Shown piece after piece: positions 52,595 through 52,706 of a stretch of 52,706 bases of DNA (positions are counted from its first letter, which is position 1; each line of letters opens with the position of its first letter). Source of the DNA: Girardia tigrina. Lineage: Eukaryota. The DNA is taken from positions 31,987 through 84,692 of the forward strand of contig MQRK01253288.1 of assembly GCA_001938485.1 (NCBI GenBank), given 5' to 3'. The notes beneath the pieces are model-generated. The model did no database searches and had not been told where the DNA came from. It was given only the letters and a program-made list of their open reading frames with translations. The translations under genes were made by a program, and so were the position numbers.

Positions 52595-52706
52595 CAGGGT
52601 GGCCGAAAAGTCCCAGGACACTCTATTTTTAATATTTTAATGCTGTTCAATATAATTGATTTCAATTATCTAATGTTGTTATTTTTTCAGGTTATGACTG
52701 ACATCA
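52595..52706. mobile_element. Probable end of a Tc1/mariner-type element inserted in the integrase relic
   Basis: TA followed by CAGGGTGGCCGAAAAGTC, exactly where the integrase frame stops. The other end is outside the window. Confidence 0.5.

Overview
Very AT-rich eukaryotic (animal) genomic DNA from a draft assembly with four N-gaps. The 44-49 nt mini-introns and the TE spectrum suggest a flatworm such as a planarian, but this is inference only. The whole window lies inside one + strand gene for a K-Cl cotransporter (KCC, SLC12A4-7 family). Ten internal exons (1296 nt, 432 codons, TM6 to the start of the cytoplasmic C-terminal domain) join in frame with GT-AG ends; the 5' and 3' exons lie outside the window. 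Introns are either tiny (44-78 nt) or multi-kb. The 78-nt intron is a minor-spliceosome (U12-type) intron that is also 3n long and stop-free. The large introns are filled with decayed TEs: a full-length piggyBac, a Penelope-like element ending in a minimal hammerhead ribozyme, hAT and Tc1/mariner/pogo elements and MITEs, Ty3/Gypsy gag and pol relics, an RTE-like LINE with three C-terminal C2H2 fingers, and microsatellite-bearing Helitron-like repeats. The most unusual observation is a 63-nt GT-AG intron with a U12-like donor (GTATCC) inside the piggyBac transposase.
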